This document shows, in pieces, positions 27,385-31,037 of a stretch of 31,037 nt of DNA. The notes under the pieces were generated by a model. The model saw only the letters and a program-made list of their open reading frames with translations, did no database searches and was not told the DNA's origin. The position numbers and the translations under genes are program-made. Each line of letters starts with the position of its first letter. The first letter of the stretch is position 1. The stretch spans positions 1 to 31,037 of the forward strand of contig SDNY01000037.1 of assembly GCA_004524535.1 (NCBI GenBank), written 5' to 3'. This DNA is from Promethearchaeota archaeon (GTDB taxonomy: Archaea; Asgardarchaeota; Lokiarchaeia; Sigyniarchaeales; SOKP01).

Positions 27385-28509
27385 TTACATCATCTCAATA
27401 AATGCTTCAATTCTAGTTGAAAGTTGTCCACGATTTGCTCGGGAATAATCGCGTTCTAAGTTTAAGATTGGAATTTTTTTTTCTTGCAATTTTTCTTTTA
27501 AGAAGGCAGAATTAATGGAAATATGATCGCAAAATTTTATGATGTGGTTAATTACACCTAAGGGTTTTCCCGTTTTTTTTCTGTAATTTTGGATTATCTT
27601 CTCTAATTTAGTTACTTTGTTTTCAAGATATTCTGGCACCATATGATCTCCACCCACATTATTTCGATATCTATATAATAAAAGATTATATGGATTTTCT
27701 TTTGAATTCAGTATCGCATCATCAAAAATTTGTGAAAAATAATTATCTCCAATCCAAGTGTCAAAAAAAACTATATTTCCTCCACTTTCTTCTATTAAAT
27801 CAATTAAATAATCATTAATAAATATAGAACAACCGGTAAGTATGAGCTCTTTTAAATTATTCGATCTTTGAGGTTGGGAATTTTGAATAATTGTATCTAA
27901 TTCTGGAAGAAAATCAGGACCATATAACATAGCTTTTTGAAAAATCTCTAATTTAGTTTTTCCTTTTATCTCTAAATTGTTAACCTCTAAAAGTTTTTTC
28001 TTAAAATTGTTATATCTTTTAATGCTCTCGTTTAAATTTTCTTCTTTTATTTCACTACCTTTAATTTTTTCAAGTTGTTGCTTTAAATCGTGTAATTCTA
28101 ACTTGTAATATTCTAAGGCGTTCTCACTAAGAGTATATGAAATATAAAAATTTAATCGAGGGATTGAGAAATATTTTGTAATGATTTCTGAAGCGCAAAT
28201 ATCAGAAACGCAATGATTCGAAACCATAAAATAATCAATTAATTCCAAAAAATCAAAATTATTTGGTTTTTCTGAAAATAATCCTATACAGCTCTGAGCA
28301 AAACTACAGGTTGACGGAGGTAAATAGTCGTGGCTTGAATTCATTAACTCATCATTTCCCGCAAATATCATATTCAGAGGGACAAAGCCAGCCGCATCAA
28401 TTAATTCCTCTGGTATATTATCGTGAGCCATATGGGCAATTATTTTTTTCCCTTCTGCTTTTTTTTCTTTCAAATAATAATAGTAATTTGATAAAAGTTC
28501 TACCGTCAT
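27385..28509 (-). CDS. 2-hydroxyacyl-CoA dehydratase subunit (HgdA/B, FldB/C family)
   Basis: Motifs PEELIDAAGFVP, TCSFAQ, HCVSD, KFCDH and GQLSTRIEAFIEM. Confidence 0.88.
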   Translation of the reverse strand: MTVELLSNYYYYLKEKKAEGKKIIAHMAHDNIPEELIDAAGFVPLNMIFAGNDELMNSSHDYLPPSTCSFAQSCIGLFSEKPNNFDFLELIDYFMVSNHCVSDICASEIITKYFSIPRLNFYISYTLSENALEYYKLELHDLKQQLEKIKGSEIKEENLNESIKRYNNFKKKLLEVNNLEIKGKTKLEIFQKAMLYGPDFLPELDTIIQNSQPQRSNNLKELILTGCSIFINDYLIDLIEESGGNIVFFDTWIGDNYFSQIFDDAILNSKENPYNLLLYRYRNNVGGDHMVPEYLENKVTKLEKIIQNYRKKTGKPLGVINHIIKFCDHISINSAFLKEKLQEKKIPILNLERDYSRANRGQLSTRIEAFIEMM

Positions 28510-28707
28510 TCTCTAATCACAGTATATTATTTTTATTTAAATTTATGAGATTTAAAATAATATGTAGATTCTTATTAGAAGAAGCATATTTAATTCATTT
28601 TAATTTAGTTGGTCTTTAAAATAAAACAAAGTCTTAATAAAGAGAATAAATATTGATTTAACTAAATAAATTTAAAATTTTTACAAAAAAATAATAGGTT
28701 TATAAAA

Positions 28708-29436
28708 ATGGCGATTCAACCTTTATCTTGGTTAAATGGATTTAGTGCTTTTTTGCTAATTTGTACGTCTTGGATTCTTGGAATTTTAATTCTAAGGTTC
28801 TATTTAAAGGAAAAAAGAAAACAGTATCTTATACTTTTTATATTTTCAGCTGCTATTGCATTAGGATGGACAGGTATTACTATTACATTTTTCTCTGTGG
28901 TTATATATGGATACAATTTACCCTGGGTTAAGTACGTAATAAGTTATTTTTCCTATTCTACAGTGCCGGTTGGAAGCACAGCTATCATCTATTTCACCTT
29001 TGATGTCTTTGGTGCCCCGAAATTTAAAAAACCCTTACTTGTCGTCTATTTCTCTTTAATGGCTCTTTATTATATATTCTTATTTGCCACTTTCTCGGAT
29101 GCAGTTGTCGTCTCTAAAGTTAAGAAAGGACAAATTTACGACGATTGGCTTAGTCCTAATTCAGTTGTGTACTATTTATTGTTAATTATGGTTTCGATAA
29201 CATCCTTGATTACGTTATTTGGATTCTACCAGTTCAGTAAAATGACTGCCGGTGATTTGAAAAAAAGGGCTGGATTTATAATCCTCTCTTCGATTATAAT
29301 TGGTTCTTGTGTTCTATTAGATACCGTTTTTTTGGGTTCTATATTCACACAGCATGAGGAATACCTTTTTGTTGTCAGATTCGCGATGATTCCCGGTGTT
29401 TTCTGTGCATTTTGGGGGATTAGACCATCTAAATAA
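28708..29436 (+). CDS. Stand-alone ~7-TM membrane protein, function unknown
   Basis: About seven hydrophobic segments with basic cytoplasmic loops; no soluble domain. Confidence 0.8.
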   Translation: MAIQPLSWLNGFSAFLLICTSWILGILILRFYLKEKRKQYLILFIFSAAIALGWTGITITFFSVVIYGYNLPWVKYVISYFSYSTVPVGSTAIIYFTFDVFGAPKFKKPLLVVYFSLMALYYIFLFATFSDAVVVSKVKKGQIYDDWLSPNSVVYYLLLIMVSITSLITLFGFYQFSKMTAGDLKKRAGFIILSSIIIGSCVLLDTVFLGSIFTQHEEYLFVVRFAMIPGVFCAFWGIRPSK

Positions 29437-29517
29437 GCAAAAAAGAAATATTTTTTTTTTCACTTTTTTTTAAAAGTAATGTGAGAATTCACTACTCATA
29501 AATTAAACCAAAAAAGA
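29437..29517. terminator. Probable termination region between convergent genes
   Basis: T-tracts (29451-29471) and A-tracts, plus a weak hairpin AGTA-AT-GTGA-GAAT-TCAC-TACT (29475-29496). Confidence 0.35.
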
Positions 29518-30294
29518 TTATTTTTTCATATTATCTTGTCCAATTAAAGCAGCTCCGATAGCTCCTGTAAGTTGTGGGTATTTAGGCGTAACTATTTCGT
29601 AGCCAAGCTCTATTTCTAGATATTTTTTAACGGCTATATTTTTTGCTACTCCGCCACAAAAAACTAATGTTTGACCAACTCCAATTCGTTTAGCCATTCC
29701 TGCAACTCTTCTCGCAATAGATTTGTGAATCCCTGCTGCAATATCTATTTTGGAAGCACCTCTAGCGAAAAGTGAAATTACTTCACTCTCAGCGAAAACT
29801 GTACACGTAGAACTAATTGCTGCTGGTTTTTTCGAATTTAACGCTAATTCTCCTATTTCTTCAATTGGTATTTCAAGAGCATGGGCCATGACTTCTAAAA
29901 ATCTGCCAGTTCCCGCAGCGCACTTATCATTCATTTGAAAATCTATGACATTTCCAGTTTTTTTAGAAATTACAATTGCCTTACTATCTTGACCCCCAAT
30001 ATCTATAACTGAATGCGCTTCAGGATAAAAATATTGAGCACCTTTCGCATGAGCAGTAATCTCTGTTATTCGATCATCGGCAATATCTATTGAATTTCGT
30101 CCATACCCAGTTGACATAACATATACATCAGCTCTTTTCAAATTATTTTTCTCTAGTATGTCATCGAATAAATTATGTCCAATTCTCTTAAAATCAAAAG
30201 TCGAACGATCAATTCGATAATCAATCATATTGCTGTCATCCAAAAGAGCAATTTTAGTCACTAAAGAACCAATATCTACTCCAACAGTTTTCAA
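29518..30294 (-). CDS. 2-hydroxyacyl-CoA dehydratase activator (ASKHA ATPase, HgdC/BcrAD/BadFG family)
   Basis: Motifs GVDIGS, STGYGR, IDIGGQDSK, NDKCAAGTGRFLE, STCTVFAESE and GGVAKN; TTG start. Confidence 0.95.
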   Translation of the reverse strand: MKTVGVDIGSLVTKIALLDDSNMIDYRIDRSTFDFKRIGHNLFDDILEKNNLKRADVYVMSTGYGRNSIDIADDRITEITAHAKGAQYFYPEAHSVIDIGGQDSKAIVISKKTGNVIDFQMNDKCAAGTGRFLEVMAHALEIPIEEIGELALNSKKPAAISSTCTVFAESEVISLFARGASKIDIAAGIHKSIARRVAGMAKRIGVGQTLVFCGGVAKNIAVKKYLEIELGYEIVTPKYPQLTGAIGAALIGQDNMKK

Positions 30295-30437
30295 TATTAT
30301 CTTCCTATTTGTTTCAACTAATTATATTTAATTTACATGCGTTCTAAATTCAATAATTTTTTAGAGAAGTAAAATATTTTTATTAAAACTTATGAATCTC
30401 AACAGAATATAAATTATATTATTGTAATAAAGGAAAT

Positions 30438-31037
30438 TCAACCTCTTAAAAACAAAACTGTAACAATTATCGTCAAACCAAACGCTAATACCATTTGAAT
30501 TATATTTTTAGGGATGGATTCCTTCGAGATAATGCCTAAAAACGTCCCCAGGAAAATGATACAAATAAAAATTATTATAAAAGAGGTGATAAAAATCATA
30601 AGACCTGCCTCTACTGTAAAGAAAAAAGGTAATATTGCAACTACTCCTCCTAAAAATGGACTTACCCCATTAACTAAAGAAACAACAACACCCGTAAAAG
30701 TTTCAGCTTTCTCATGAAGAGATTTAGTTTTTTTTTCTCTCGTTTTTCTTCTAATTAAAGCCTTTTTATGCGTCTTATTACTTAAAGTTTTAGGTGGTAC
30801 CACCATCGCTTTTTGAATCTCTTTCTCATCTACTATCTCTATTTGTGTTTCTTCTTCTTCAACCTTAATCCCCATAGCCTGTCTTAATTCTTTTAATCCT
30901 TTTTTCTGTTCTGCCCTTTCAGAAAGATATGACCCTGAAATTCCTGAGATAAGCATAGAAATTGAAGTACTTAATCCTGTTAAAATAACATAATTAGATT
31001 GGATAGGTTGGCTAGGTTTACTAAGAAGAATTACAAA
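30438..31037 (-). CDS. VIT1/CCC1-family Fe2+/Mn2+ transporter, 5'-truncated by the window edge
   Basis: The frame is open to the window end (FVILLSKP...LTGLSTSISMLISGISGSYLSERAE); SM..G.YLSERAE motif and three C-terminal TMs. Confidence 0.82.
   Translation of the reverse strand, partial: FVILLSKPSQPIQSNYVILTGLSTSISMLISGISGSYLSERAEQKKGLKELRQAMGIKVEEEETQIEIVDEKEIQKAMVVPPKTLSNKTHKKALIRRKTREKKTKSLHEKAETFTGVVVSLVNGVSPFLGGVVAILPFFFTVEAGLMIFITSFIIIFICIIFLGTFLGIISKESIPKNIIQMVLAFGLTIIVTVLFLRG

Noticed and set aside
28708-29436. Microbial rhodopsin, heliorhodopsin or schizorhodopsin
   Set aside because: No retinal-binding Lys (DxxxK/SxxxK) in the last helix and no RYxxW motif in helix 3.
26029-30294. 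Benzoyl-CoA reductase (BcrABCD)
   Set aside because: Only one stand-alone activator ATPase with both Cys motifs (homodimeric HgdC type) is present, and there are no aromatic-degradation genes in the window.
272-30717. Numerous 60-125 aa ORFs antisense to or overlapping the main genes (e.g. 272-577, 3329-3703, 8522-8833, 16902-17249, 19240-19545, 28263-28619)
   Set aside because: They are shadows of well-supported genes on the opposite strand, have the S/F/I/L-rich composition typical of antisense frames, and show no motifs.
1-31037. CRISPR array, tRNA or rRNA genes
   Set aside because: No regularly spaced direct repeats or cloverleaf/rRNA-like GC-rich segments in any intergenic region.

Overview
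This is an AT-rich, densely coding archaeal window. It is most likely Asgard archaea (Lokiarchaeia/Promethearchaeia-like), inferred from the archaeal-type GlmU, split purS/purQ/purL, TATA-like promoters and the character of the hypothetical proteins; no marker gene here confirms this. From left to right it carries: PadR regulator + Hsp20; a small CxxC/HxxH protein; purC-purS-purQ-purL with a MazG-like gene; an alpha/beta hydrolase; an operon of AGPS-like FAD oxidoreductase, CCG Fe-S protein and FGGY kinase; an amino-sugar cluster (glmM-like, nagB, acetyltransferase-only GlmU-like, bifunctional glmU); and a GH13 amylase. Next is a visibly more AT-rich ~3 kb insert holding a divergent pair, an HNH nuclease with an internal tandem repeat and a diadenylate-cyclase (DAC/DisA_N) domain protein with a variant catalytic motif. 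After it come MaoC, a coiled-coil protein, two 2-hydroxyacyl-CoA dehydratase subunits plus their activator, a 7TM protein and a truncated VIT1 gene. The best candidate for an undescribed system is the HNH + DAC pair (possible nucleotide-signalling defence module). Two GC-rich structured intergenic elements sharing an AGGUG-loop-CACC hairpin also merit follow-up. No rRNA, tRNA, CRISPR array or transposase was seen. All family assignments come from motif recognition, not database searches.
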